Position numbers and translations under genes: made by a program
Notes under the pieces: generated by a model
The model's input: the letters and a program-made list of their open reading frames with translations, nothing else
Database searches by the model: none
Told to the model about the DNA's origin: nothing
Source: Promethearchaeota archaeon
GTDB taxonomy: Archaea; Asgardarchaeota; Lokiarchaeia; Sigyniarchaeales; SOKP01
Assembly: GCA_030603385.1 (NCBI GenBank)
Contig: JAUVXW010000023.1
Span: forward strand, 1 to 64,000
Direction of reading: 5' to 3'
DNA length: 64,000 nucleotides
Part shown: positions 37,377 through 48,240 of the stretch, in pieces
Position numbering within the stretch: the first letter of the stretch is position 1
Layout: the number at the start of each line of letters is the position of its first letter

Positions 37377-38663
37377 TTAAACTAAATAAGATATCTTTTT
37401 CTCATCCTTTTCCCATTGATATTTAGGTGAATCTTTGTATTTGGGATCAAATAGATGACATGCTATAAGATATCTATCTCCAATTTCTACTAACCTAGGT
37501 TTTATTTTATCGCAAATTTCCATCCGTTCGTCACATCTAGGGTGAAATCTGCATCCGGGTGGAGGATAAATCAGATTTGGGACCATTCCTCGAATAACTG
37601 CCAATTTTTGATCCTTCTTCTCTAAACTTGGAATGGCTTTAATCAACCCAATAGTATATGGGTGACGTGGATTTTTAAATAAATCAACCGCTGTTGCATA
37701 TTCGACGATATTTCCACTATACATAACAGCAACTCTGTCACATAAATCAGCAATAATTCCTAAATCATGTGTAATCATTAGAATAGAAGTTTTGAACCTT
37801 TTTTTTAAGTCTTTCATCAAATCAAGAATTTGAGCTTGAATAGTTACATCTAAAGCAGTAGTTGGTTCATCAGCAATTAACATTAAGGGATTACAGGAAA
37901 GTGCCATAGCAATCATAACTCTCTGTCTCATACCACCACTAAGTTCATGTGGATATCTCTTTAAAATACCTTTAGCTTCTGCTATTCCCACTTCTCTAAT
38001 AATATTGATTGATTTTTCTTGAATAATTTTCTTTAATGACGGTATATGTTTGGTTTTTCCTTTAAGTTCGTCAATTTCGCTTTTAATTTGTTTTTGCTCT
38101 TCCTTTGTTAATTGGTTATCTTCTTTTAACATTTGGTTTAATTCTTTTATTCTTTCTCTATTTTTCTTTCTAACCAAATTGCGTTCGTCTAAAATTTGTT
38201 TGAAATCTTCCTTTTGGTGTAGTATAAAAACTTCCGCTAATTGATCTCCTACTGAAATAACCGGATTAAGAGAGTTAAGAGGATCTTGAAATATCATTGT
38301 AATATTATTACCTCGAATTCCCCTCATATCTTCTTCCGATAATTCAAGCAAATTAGTATCATTAAATAATACCTTTCCCTCGAGTATTTTTCCTGGAGAT
38401 CTCACTAAGCGTACAATTGAAAGAGCTGTAACGGATTTTCCGCAACCTGTCTCACCTACAAGTCCAAGTACTTCATCTTCATAAATCTTAAATGAGATAC
38501 CATCAACAGCTTTAACAATCCCTTCTTCTGTATAAAAATAAGTTTTAAGATTTTCAACAGAAAGTAATGTTCCTGTATCTTTTTTCATTTCGGTGCCTAC
38601 TTGATTAGTCTGTTCAATAGTTCCTTTATTATTTGGTGTAATAGTCATCTTTAATTTTACCAA
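37377..38663 (-). CDS. oppD: Oligopeptide ABC transporter ATPase OppD/DppD with coiled-coil insertion
   Basis: GETGCGKS, FQDP, LSGGMRQR, ADEPTTALD, GCRFHPRC; true start may be a downstream ATG. Confidence 0.93.
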   Translation of the reverse strand: MVKLKMTITPNNKGTIEQTNQVGTEMKKDTGTLLSVENLKTYFYTEEGIVKAVDGISFKIYEDEVLGLVGETGCGKSVTALSIVRLVRSPGKILEGKVLFNDTNLLELSEEDMRGIRGNNITMIFQDPLNSLNPVISVGDQLAEVFILHQKEDFKQILDERNLVRKKNRERIKELNQMLKEDNQLTKEEQKQIKSEIDELKGKTKHIPSLKKIIQEKSINIIREVGIAEAKGILKRYPHELSGGMRQRVMIAMALSCNPLMLIADEPTTALDVTIQAQILDLMKDLKKRFKTSILMITHDLGIIADLCDRVAVMYSGNIVEYATAVDLFKNPRHPYTIGLIKAIPSLEKKDQKLAVIRGMVPNLIYPPPGCRFHPRCDERMEICDKIKPRLVEIGDRYLIACHLFDPKYKDSPKYQWEKDEKKISYLV

Positions 38664-38698
38664 TATTTGATTAAAGTAAATTGTCTTCTATTATTAAC

Positions 38699-39721
38699 TT
38701 ATATATTTCTTAATCTCGGATCCAAGGCGTCCCTTAAACCATCACCGGTTAACATAAATCCTAATACTGTTATCATTATCATAAAACCAGGCCAAAAAAC
38801 TGCAAACGGAGCATCTAGTATTTGAGCTCTTGCTTGATTAATATAAAAGCCCCATTCGACTAAGCTTGGATCGCTAAAACCTAAAAAGCTAAGACCTGCT
38901 AATCCTAAGATTATCCCACCAATGTCAAACGTGAAGGAGATTATAATAGGTTGAATACAATTAGGAAGTAGGTGTACAAACATAATTCGCCAATTTCCTG
39001 CTCCTGATGCTCTTGCTGCTTCTACATAGGGTAGGTCTTTGGCTTGTAAAACTGATCCTCTAATTAAACGAGAATATCCCGCAATACCTAGAATTCCATA
39101 AGCCATAATAAAATATTCTAACTTTAGCCCCCACATTGCTATAAAAACTAAAATTAGAATTAAACCTGGAAATGCCAGGAACATATCCATGATTCTCATT
39201 ATTATTGTATCAATCCATCCTCCATAGTAAGCAGCAATCGTACCAAATATAACACCAAATATTAGAGCCATTAATATTGCTGGTAAAGCAATTGTTAGAG
39301 AAACTCTTGCGCCCCATATCAAAATAGAAAGGATATCACGTCCGAAGTAAGTTGTTCCTAAGGGATTTTCTGAAGATGGTGGTTGATATGGCCATTGACT
39401 TGGATGTTGTGGATTTGGGTAAAAATCTACCGTTTCAGCCAATGATTGGGGTGCGATCCATGGGCAAAACACCGCAAAACTAACAATTACAAGAATAATA
39501 GCTATACCTAAGATGGTTAATATGGATTTTAATCTTCGAATAAATTTTCTTTTACTTATAGTTTTTTCATATTCAAATTCCCTAATTGCTAAATCTTCCA
39601 TTATATACCCTGGAATAAGAAGAAACTTAATATAAGTGAAAATATTTTTTTTCTTTCTTTCCCGAATTTCAATCAGTTCTTCTAATTCTCGTTGTTCAAC
39701 TTGTCCCATAATTTCTTTCAC
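38699..39721 (-). CDS. oppC: Peptide ABC transporter permease OppC/DppC
   Basis: LGT..FGRDI, YVEAARASGA EAA loop, GDGLRDALDPR. Confidence 0.95.
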   Translation of the reverse strand: MKEIMGQVEQRELEELIEIRERKKKNIFTYIKFLLIPGYIMEDLAIREFEYEKTISKRKFIRRLKSILTILGIAIILVIVSFAVFCPWIAPQSLAETVDFYPNPQHPSQWPYQPPSSENPLGTTYFGRDILSILIWGARVSLTIALPAILMALIFGVIFGTIAAYYGGWIDTIIMRIMDMFLAFPGLILILVFIAMWGLKLEYFIMAYGILGIAGYSRLIRGSVLQAKDLPYVEAARASGAGNWRIMFVHLLPNCIQPIIISFTFDIGGIILGLAGLSFLGFSDPSLVEWGFYINQARAQILDAPFAVFWPGFMIMITVLGFMLTGDGLRDALDPRLRNI

Positions 39722-39737
39722 ATTTTTTTTATTTTTT

Positions 39738-40754
39738 TTAATATCTTATTCTTGGATCTATAATCCCATAGAGAATATCAATAAATAAATTTATCATAAG
39801 AAACAATAAAGCAGAAAAAAATACAAGACCGTTTATTAGATAGATATCACGTTCCATAATTGCACTCACTAATAAATCTCCCATTCCTGCCATAGTGAAG
39901 GTTGTTTCAGTTAGTATTGCTCCCCCTAATAAACTACCAAAGTTTAATCCAATAATTGTAACAGTAGGGATTAATGCATTTTTTAGAGCGTGTGTATGCA
40001 AAACGTCTTTTTCTTTACATCCTTTTGCTCTTGCCGTTCTTATATAATCCTGCTGTAAAACTTCTAGCATACTTGAACGAGTTTGTCTTGTAATTGAGGC
40101 AAGAGTTATAAAAGCTAAACATGTTACAGGCATAATTAAATGTACAAGGTAGTCTATTGTCAAATATAATTCACCAGATAATATAGAATCAATTATTCTA
40201 AAACCGGTAACGTGGGGTGGACTTCCATAATCAGGATCCTTAAATCCACCTGAAGGTAACCAATCTAATTGATAAGCTAAAGCGTATTGAAGCATCATTC
40301 CCATCCAAAACACTGGAATCGACACTCCTACTAGTGCAAATCCTCTAAAAGTGGTGTCTTGCCACTTATTTCTGTGTTTTGATGCAATTATCCCAGTTTT
40401 AATCCCAAGAAAAGAAGCAATTAGTACTGCAAATAAAGTAAGTTCAATAGTTCTTGGAAATCTCTCCCAAATAAGATCCCAAACTGGTATTCCTCTATTA
40501 ATAGCAAAAGAGGCACCCCAATTTCCTGTAAATAAGTCAGATATATATCTAAAATATTGTAAAATTATTGGTTGATCTATTCCTAAAAAACGTCGCATTG
40601 CTAAATACTGCTCATGTGTATGATTTAGTGGTAACAGAGCATAAGCAGGATCCCCAGGCATTAACCTGGAAAGTATAAATGTTATAGTTAACACTCCAAA
40701 TAATACAGGTATTAAAGTAAGTAATCTCTTCACTATGTATGAAAGCATACTCAT
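39738..40754 (-). CDS. oppB: Peptide ABC transporter permease OppB/DppB
   Basis: PGDPA, GVSIPVFW.G, DYIRTARAKG, HALKNA, DPRIRY. Confidence 0.95.
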   Translation of the reverse strand: MSMLSYIVKRLLTLIPVLFGVLTITFILSRLMPGDPAYALLPLNHTHEQYLAMRRFLGIDQPIILQYFRYISDLFTGNWGASFAINRGIPVWDLIWERFPRTIELTLFAVLIASFLGIKTGIIASKHRNKWQDTTFRGFALVGVSIPVFWMGMMLQYALAYQLDWLPSGGFKDPDYGSPPHVTGFRIIDSILSGELYLTIDYLVHLIMPVTCLAFITLASITRQTRSSMLEVLQQDYIRTARAKGCKEKDVLHTHALKNALIPTVTIIGLNFGSLLGGAILTETTFTMAGMGDLLVSAIMERDIYLINGLVFFSALLFLMINLFIDILYGIIDPRIRY

Positions 40755-40803
40755 ATCTCATAACCTCTTCTAACTATTTTTTTTCCTCTTTTATATTTAT
40801 TAA

Positions 40804-41394
40804 TTAATACTTTTTAAATTTATCATATTCCCTTCTGGCGAAACTAGCTAGAACTGCTACGGACATATTAATACCTATTAAAGTCAAAATCGTAAGATAT
40901 CCTTCATATCTGATAAAGAAATTACCAATTATGCTTAGATCAAAACTCTCTACTATAAACCAATACCATATAAAAGAGAAGAATATAATGATAAAACTTA
41001 ACCAGAAGCTATTCCTTAAACCGTATTCAAAAAACTTTTCTCTAAATGCCATCAAAAATACAATTCCTATAAGAATTATTAAAGAAAAAATAGAACGTGG
41101 ATTAAAGAGAACTTGGTATACAAATACTACTCTTTCCCCAATTGTTAGATTATATAAATCATCAGCAGTTTTAGGGTATCTATTGCAAATATACCCAAAA
41201 AATACAAAATAAATCAATAAAATTGCCAATAGAAAATTTGTTTGTCTACCTAAATCAATCTTAACTTTATCTTTTTCGTGTAATTTTGAATATATGAATC
41301 CAATAATAACACCAAAAATAGCAACAAATGGGAGTATAACAAATATCATAAATCGCTCATGTGATATTGGCATGTTAAAACACCTTGTCTCCAC
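40804..41394 (-). CDS. Hypothetical multi-pass membrane protein between oppA and oppB
   Basis: 196-aa ORF, about 5 hydrophobic segments. Confidence 0.7.
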   Translation of the reverse strand: METRCFNMPISHERFMIFVILPFVAIFGVIIGFIYSKLHEKDKVKIDLGRQTNFLLAILLIYFVFFGYICNRYPKTADDLYNLTIGERVVFVYQVLFNPRSIFSLIILIGIVFLMAFREKFFEYGLRNSFWLSFIIIFFSFIWYWFIVESFDLSIIGNFFIRYEGYLTILTLIGINMSVAVLASFARREYDKFKKY

Positions 41395-42248
41395 TTTTTA
41401 ACTTTTTAATACAAGAGAAGTTCATTTTTAGCTCACTTCTTAATAATCTCGAATCAATATTTTTAATTTGAAATTTTCAATTATTATTTAATCTAATAGT
41501 TGATCTATTATTAATTATTTTATTAACTATTAAGCCAGAGTTCTAAATCAATTACGGATTGTTGTATATTCATATAGATTTTATTATTATAAGAAAAAAT
41601 GTCTAAAATATCATCATAAATTGAAAAAAGAATAAAACTCATCGTTCTGATCTTATTTTTTTTAGATCTTTTACATCTACAGAATTTATTTCGGGTCAAA
41701 AATGTTTATTTTTTCTTTATATTATTGAAAAATACTATTTAAATTTTTGTTCATAATTTGAATTGTGTTTTGTTTTTATTATTTCTTTAAAATAATTCAT
41801 AATTTCTTCACAAAATAGGATGAGTTCTGATATTAATTTTTCTTGTTTTGGATCAATTTTTTTTTTTTTCATATTAGAACCTAATCCCAAAAATTCTGAT
41901 ATTATAAATGTATAATTTAAGGTTAAACTAGGATTTTTTGTATGAATTAAGGTAGATTTTTCAAATTACACAATTATATTGATTCAATTCTTAATATATA
42001 GTGAGTAAATTATCTATATTTTTTATAAGCAAAATTTATCAAATTTCGAATACCTATTTGGTTTCTTATCAATTTTCATTGAACTTGGTTAGATCATTCA
42101 TAATAGGTTTTTGTTTTACAGGAAGATTTAAAAAACTATGTTTTTAACTAATCTACTAATTCAGAATAATTATTAAAAAAATTTGAAAAAAAAAAAAATT
42201 AAATATTTAATATTTCTATTATTCTTTTCTGCTTAGCAATCGGATAAA

Positions 42249-44009
42249 TTATGAGATATAAATAGGAAACAAGTCTACTCTCGCAATGGCGTTAGGAATC
42301 CATCCATGAACATAATTTTGATAGACATCATAATTCTTCCCAGATGTGTACCATACAAAGAAGTAAAGTTCTTCTACCAATTTCTGTTGAATGTTGTCAT
42401 AAATTATTTTTCTGGCAACAGGATCGACAGTTAGCTCTCCTTCTAGCATCCACGTTTCTAATTCAAGATCATATGTATTAACCCAAATTGATGATGTTTC
42501 ACTGTATAATGGGGTAATATAGTTTTCCGGATCAATATAATCAGGAGCCCATCCAAGCATGTACATTGGAATCTGGCCTCTATTCAATGCTCCAGTATCA
42601 TGTTCCATGCAACTGATTATATCCCAGAAAGAGATCTGTACTACCGGAGCCTTTATCCCGATATATTTTAGATTATCTGAAGTATATAAAGCAATGTCTC
42701 TTCGAGTTGTACCTTCAGTTTGGGCGGTAATATTCCATCCAAATCCCCAACCTGCTCCAGATCCTTGAGCATACCATTCAGCATCTGTCCAACCGGCGTC
42801 TCCATATCCCGCAGTTACCATCATATCTTGTGCCGCGCCACGGTCAAATGTTGGATAATCGAATCCATAATTAGACAATGGGATACCTGTTGGGATAGGA
42901 GATTTCAATCTGTAAGCTTCGCCTAATAAAACTACATCGATTACATACGAGTAATTTATAGCGTATGAGATTGCTTTCCTAAATGGAGTATCAACCATAT
43001 AGCCGTTAAAGCCCATATAGTTAGTATTTAAGGTAGGTCCGGCTTCCAAGAGGGTTATGTCTGGATCAGCTCTGAATTGATCATGGAATTCTGGTTTTGG
43101 GGATTCATATAAGTCAATATCACCTGCTAATACTGCTGTATTCAATGCAATATCATCTTCGATAATCCACATTGTTAAGTTATTTATTGTATCATAGGGA
43201 ACCCAATCCCAATAATGTGGATTAGCGTAGAATCTTACTTCAACATCTGTCTCATAACTTTGGAAGATAAAAGGACCTGTCCCAATTAAAGTGTCACCAT
43301 CTGCATAAGTAAGGATTGAAAGTTCTTTCCCTTGGGCTTTTGTAGCTGTAGGTGAGAACATAGCTAAGGCATTAAAATTTAATAACCCAATAAATGATGC
43401 CTTTGGTACATTCATAACAATTTTTATGGTATATTCATCAATGATTTCTGTCCTATTCATAATAGTTTGTGTTATATTGGTAGCAGGGTCTTTAATTGTA
43501 AATAGAGCAGAATGTTTGGCCACTTGTGCAGTAACTGGAAGTGCTACATTAAACGGGGCAGGTAAACCCTGGTTACCCGAAATATTCATAAAATAGTTCA
43601 ATCTGTCAATATTCCATTTAGCCGCTTCTGCGTTCCAATCTGTTCCATCCGTAAATTTAATACCTGCTTTAAGTGGAATGGTTATATTTAAACCATCAGT
43701 AGTTACTGTTGGAAGAGCTGCTGCAAGTACCGGAATTAATGAATAAGCCGGATCTGTTACATTGAATTTATATAAGCTTTCAGCGATTTGGGTAATAACA
43801 TCTCCTCCTGCTGTATCGTAACACATATGCGGATCCAAATCGGTAGGACCTGCAATTGTTGCAAAAGTAAGTGACATTTCCTTCTCAGCTCCTTTAATAA
43901 TACCCGCTTCTATAGCAAGGAAAATATTACCAATACCAGATGTCGCGAGAACAATTGCTAAGATTATTATTGCTAAATTTTTCTTTTCCATTTCCATTTT
44001 TAAAATCAC
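42249..44009 (-). CDS. oppA: Peptide ABC transporter substrate-binding protein (family 5)
   Basis: N-terminal TM, LDP, GIKF.DGT..NAEA.KW..DR, IGTGPF, RKAISYAIN, GW.PDY.DP.N. Confidence 0.93.
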   Translation of the reverse strand: MILKMEMEKKNLAIIILAIVLATSGIGNIFLAIEAGIIKGAEKEMSLTFATIAGPTDLDPHMCYDTAGGDVITQIAESLYKFNVTDPAYSLIPVLAAALPTVTTDGLNITIPLKAGIKFTDGTDWNAEAAKWNIDRLNYFMNISGNQGLPAPFNVALPVTAQVAKHSALFTIKDPATNITQTIMNRTEIIDEYTIKIVMNVPKASFIGLLNFNALAMFSPTATKAQGKELSILTYADGDTLIGTGPFIFQSYETDVEVRFYANPHYWDWVPYDTINNLTMWIIEDDIALNTAVLAGDIDLYESPKPEFHDQFRADPDITLLEAGPTLNTNYMGFNGYMVDTPFRKAISYAINYSYVIDVVLLGEAYRLKSPIPTGIPLSNYGFDYPTFDRGAAQDMMVTAGYGDAGWTDAEWYAQGSGAGWGFGWNITAQTEGTTRRDIALYTSDNLKYIGIKAPVVQISFWDIISCMEHDTGALNRGQIPMYMLGWAPDYIDPENYITPLYSETSSIWVNTYDLELETWMLEGELTVDPVARKIIYDNIQQKLVEELYFFVWYTSGKNYDVYQNYVHGWIPNAIARVDLFPIYIS

Positions 44010-44312
44010 TAATAATTTTATGGTTTTCTTTTTTAATTTTTATTAGATATGTTGTTAAATATGTTTTTTAATTTGGAAACTTATAAATTTTATCCTTTTT
44101 TTTTTGTTGATTTTTGAAATCATAATTGGTTTTAAAAAATCAATCAAACAGTCTGGGTTAAAATTTCTCCATTTTTAAATTATATCGCTAAATAAGGCTT
44201 TATAATAATTAAAAGCATCATTTTTCTGAAAGTTACTAACTCTATAATGATAAATATTTTTAGTTCAACAATTTAAGTGTGCTAAAATGGGAATAAAAGG
44301 GGAAAATATACA

Positions 44313-44570
44313 TCATTTCATTATTTCAACAATTTTTTCAAAATAAAAAGAAAAAAATAAGATTGCTAACAGAATGAGGGCAGCAATGATTATTCCTTTG
44401 TCGAAAAAGGCCTTTTCCGTATTACGAGCAATTTTTGGTTTAGCTGAAGTTAAATACATATATCTCATAATTATATAAAGGGAAATCGGTATTGAAAAGA
44501 TAGATATATATTCATAGAATTTACCACTTACAGATTCAAACAAATTAAATTTTAGAATAAGATAAAGAGA
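44313..44570 (-). pseudogene. Displaced, diverged copy of the 3' end of the adjacent ubiA-family gene
   Basis: SLYLILKFNL...FYEYISIFSIPISLYIIMRYMYLTSAKPKIARNTEKAFFDKGIIIA vs full gene FYEYISIFTIPISLYIIMRYMYLTSTKPEIARNTEKAFLDKGIIIA. Confidence 0.9.
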
Positions 44571-44704
44571 ATTAACCTTAAATTTTAAAATTTAATTATT
44601 TGAATATATTATCATTTTAATCCACTAAAAGCAGTATAAAAATATCCTATTCTGAAGAGAAATATATCCTAATTTTTAAGAAGTATCAAGACTATTATTA
44701 TTTC

Positions 44705-45658
44705 CTATGTTTGAAAAAACTCGAGAAAAATATCAAAATAAAAAGAAAATAATAATATAATAAACAGAAAAGCACCAGCAATGATTATTCCTTTGTCCAA
44801 AAAGGCTTTTTCGGTGTTTCTAGCGATTTCTGGCTTTGTTGAGGTTAGATACATATAACGCATGATTATATACAGTGAAATTGGTATTGTAAAAATAGAA
44901 ATATATTCATAAAAATTGGCATTTCGAGTCTCTGTTGAATTGAAACTAATAAGATTAAAATTAATAAGAAGATATAGAGAATATGTCATAAACAATGACC
45001 CCGCAATTATTATATGAAATTGGTCCAATAATTTAAGAGAATATTGATCATAGATTTTTTTATGACCAACGGCTTTATTCTTTCCAAGAATTATCAAATC
45101 TCCTTTTCTTTTTGCGATACTCAAAAACATAGCTACTTCAAAAATGGCCAAAAATAACCAAGCAGAAACATATTCTTCAATTATTGCACATCCTGCTAAA
45201 GCTCTCCATAGATATCCAGTAGACAAAATAAGAATATCGATAAATGCGTAATTCTTAAAAAGATGACTATAAAGTTGACCTGTGACAATTATCAAAATTA
45301 TCATAAAAGCAAAACCTAGATTTGGAATCAGAAATATCAAAAATAAAATAATACACCCTCCTAATATAATTAATAACAGTATAGCGAAAGAAATTGAGAT
45401 ATCACCTGATGCTAGAGGTTTTTTTTTGATTTTTTCTGGATGATTTCTATCGTTTTCTATATCTCTTATATCATTAATAATATAATTAAAAGATGATGCA
45501 AGACATAACAGAATAAAACCTATAAAGAGAGGAAAATAGAGAGGTGTTTTAAATAGTCTTTCACTAAAAAAAATCCCAACAAATATCATTGTGTTTTTGT
45601 AATATTGCCGTATACGTAGAAGGTTTAAAAAATTTTTAATTTTATCTGACATTGACAA
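44705..45658 (-). CDS. UbiA-family polyprenyl-phosphate phosphoribosyltransferase-like (DPPR synthase type)
   Basis: R.RQYYKN, SFNYIINDI.D.ENDR.HP.K...PLASG, Y...K.....DI, KRKG. Confidence 0.85.
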   Translation of the reverse strand: MSMSDKIKNFLNLLRIRQYYKNTMIFVGIFFSERLFKTPLYFPLFIGFILLCLASSFNYIINDIRDIENDRNHPEKIKKKPLASGDISISFAILLLIILGGCIILFLIFLIPNLGFAFMIILIIVTGQLYSHLFKNYAFIDILILSTGYLWRALAGCAIIEEYVSAWLFLAIFEVAMFLSIAKRKGDLIILGKNKAVGHKKIYDQYSLKLLDQFHIIIAGSLFMTYSLYLLINFNLISFNSTETRNANFYEYISIFTIPISLYIIMRYMYLTSTKPEIARNTEKAFLDKGIIIAGAFLFIILLFSFYFDIFLEFFQT

Positions 45659-45690
45659 CCCATTGAAAGGTATAATTATATTAAAATTTA

Positions 45691-48240
45691 TTAAGTTATT
45701 AAGATTCTTTCCGGTTTAAATTTCTTCAATATTTTATAGCCTAAACGACTTGAGAAGCTTGTCTCAGATTTAATTTGAATCATAGCACTAGTATATTCAA
45801 AAATAATTAATTCTATTTTATTATAAGGGATTTTTATTTCTTTTCCAAAAATATTTTTTAATACGAGAGTTTCTTTATCATTATTTTCAGTTTTTTTATG
45901 ATAGTTTTCAATATTTTGTGGTTTTAAATTTATTTTCCGGATAAATCCAATTTCTACATTATTTACTGGTTTTTTTAGATAAATATATGAAAGAAGGTCT
46001 TTATTTATCAACCATTTTATTATTTGTAATTCAGATTCTCGAAATTTTCGATCTCTGTGTATAGGTAGAGTTATCCTTTTCGGTTTAATAATCAATTCGT
46101 CTATAAAGTATTTTAAATGTTTTTGTTCATGGTTTTTCGTGATTTCAAAATTAGTAAGGATTAACTCATAACCTTTTATCTCACTAGCATCTAAGACATC
46201 TATACATCTTGAAATCTTTAATTCTCCTTTTTTTTTGAAAAAAATGTCTTGTTCTTTGAAATTTTTAATGAAGGCAATTGAATTTGGCAGTTTAGTTTTT
46301 GAAATTGGCTTTAAAATTTTGTTGTTCTCTTCATCTAAAAAGATTAAGAAGTTCCCGTTGTGATTATTCCTGTTTAAATCAATATCTATTAAAGTTAATG
46401 GAGTTTTCTTCTCTAAAAAATATGTTTCATTTAAATCAATTTGAAAATGAGTATACATTGATGAATTTAAGAATTCTTTTTGATTGGTTTTTAGATTAGT
46501 AATGATAAATTGTTCACTTTCGCTAATTTCATCAAGGAATTTAATATCGTTTAATTTACCTAATATAATATCATCAGTAATCTTATTTCTAAAAACAAAA
46601 TCTTTACTAAGATCAAATTTATACACCTCTTTTCTTCTCAGGTTTTCCATTAAAAAAGGGATATCTTTAATTTCAAATGTTTCCTTAAATTTTTTATTCG
46701 CTATAATTTTAAACTTTTGGCGGGCAACCTCAAATTTCTTAGCATATTTTTGTTGTTTTGATTTTTTTAAGCATATAAATGGAAGAATGGCTTCTTTACT
46801 TGGTTTTAATTCATCACCCAATATAGCTGCAATTCTTAAATAACTCGGTGGATGTGAATTAATGAAACTCCCTAGGAGAGAAATTCGTGAGGGTTTGATT
46901 ATTGAGCGATTTAAATAAATGGCTGTATTCATATAATCTAATAGTTGGTTATCCTTTGTAATTTTTTCATCACATAGAAGCATGGTATTAAATCCAATTT
47001 CTCGTCCGGTGGCATAAAAGCTTTCTAAATTATATAGTGCTTTAGCAAGCTCATTTGCATATCCTGCTTTTTTCGCTTTTAAATCTGCTTTTCCCTCTAA
47101 AATTCTTACAAATATAAAAAGAAGGATATATATTGCTAAATTCAAAATAATGAAAACTATCATAGGAATCTGAGGATTTCCAAATGTATAATCGTACAGT
47201 GTAGCAGGTATACCTAAAAACATTCTAACAATTAAATCTCCAGTTGTAATACAAGTTAAAATTAACGTGTGTTTTCCTTTTGTATGTGCCAATTCATGAG
47301 CTAAAATACCATTCAACTCATCATTTGGAATTTGGTTAAGATCTTCAGCAATAATTGCAATTCTTTTATCAAAAAAAGAGCCATATGCCATGGCATTTAA
47401 AATTGGATATTTTCCATAGCCTACTTTTACTTTACCTTTAATTCCAATATTATCTTTTACTTTCCTAACTTTTTTTAACATATTGCTATCTTTTACTCTC
47501 TTGATTCCAAGCATTTTGTCTAAAATTGAACCTGAAACAAAATATATTATCCAATTCACACATATTAGGATAAAATAGATATTCATAAAAAAATCGAGAG
47601 TAGTAAATTGATTAAAAATCAATGGTTTATTACTAATGAAGTTGAGGGCTGTAAATTGATTAATAAAGACAACTACTAACCAAGCTATTATATATAAGAA
47701 TAGTGTTAAATATGCTGGGCTCATAAATCTCCACACAATTAAATATTTTCTCCCAAATAATATAAATCCCATAATCAGTATAATCCAGAAAGAAAATGCA
47801 AAAGCAGTATCGATAAATATAGGATTTTTTTGATAGAAAGAAAGGATACCTGCAAAAAATATAACATTATAAGTCACTAATGAGATTATTAATATTTTAT
47901 TTAATATTGGATATTCTCTTAATTCAAAAATTCCAATCCATAGATAAATTGAGAAGGCTCCCATTAAAGAAGTTAAAAAGTCCTTAGAAAAGAAAAAAAT
48001 GAGGAAAAAGAAAAAAGCTATTGCCACAATATCGCTCATTTCACTTCTTTTATTATTTTGAACCCAATGATAAAATTCTTCGATTGTTAATAAATACAAG
48101 AAAATTGTTATTAAAAAACTCCAATCTAATAGAAGTTCTAACCAATCAAAATGAAAGAATATCTTATTCAATAAGATGAATAATCCAATTGATGCAAAAA
48201 GATATATTATAAATAGTAAATTTCTGAAGAATTTTTTCAA
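45691..48240 (-). CDS. Large M48/HtpX-like membrane Zn metalloprotease with C-terminal soluble extension
   Basis: NAMA, ILAHELAH, E..AD, LAKAL..L, SHP....RI; about 7-8 extra N-terminal TM. Confidence 0.85.
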   Translation of the reverse strand: MKKFFRNLLFIIYLFASIGLFILLNKIFFHFDWLELLLDWSFLITIFLYLLTIEEFYHWVQNNKRSEMSDIVAIAFFFFLIFFFSKDFLTSLMGAFSIYLWIGIFELREYPILNKILIISLVTYNVIFFAGILSFYQKNPIFIDTAFAFSFWIILIMGFILFGRKYLIVWRFMSPAYLTLFLYIIAWLVVVFINQFTALNFISNKPLIFNQFTTLDFFMNIYFILICVNWIIYFVSGSILDKMLGIKRVKDSNMLKKVRKVKDNIGIKGKVKVGYGKYPILNAMAYGSFFDKRIAIIAEDLNQIPNDELNGILAHELAHTKGKHTLILTCITTGDLIVRMFLGIPATLYDYTFGNPQIPMIVFIILNLAIYILLFIFVRILEGKADLKAKKAGYANELAKALYNLESFYATGREIGFNTMLLCDEKITKDNQLLDYMNTAIYLNRSIIKPSRISLLGSFINSHPPSYLRIAAILGDELKPSKEAILPFICLKKSKQQKYAKKFEVARQKFKIIANKKFKETFEIKDIPFLMENLRRKEVYKFDLSKDFVFRNKITDDIILGKLNDIKFLDEISESEQFIITNLKTNQKEFLNSSMYTHFQIDLNETYFLEKKTPLTLIDIDLNRNNHNGNFLIFLDEENNKILKPISKTKLPNSIAFIKNFKEQDIFFKKKGELKISRCIDVLDASEIKGYELILTNFEITKNHEQKHLKYFIDELIIKPKRITLPIHRDRKFRESELQIIKWLINKDLLSYIYLKKPVNNVEIGFIRKINLKPQNIENYHKKTENNDKETLVLKNIFGKEIKIPYNKIELIIFEYTSAMIQIKSETSFSSRLGYKILKKFKPERILIT

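Noticed and set aside
41400-42240. 840-bp gap between oppA and the next gene as ncRNA or element
   Set aside because: Very AT-rich, no stable structure, long ORF or terminal repeats seen; probably eroded sequence
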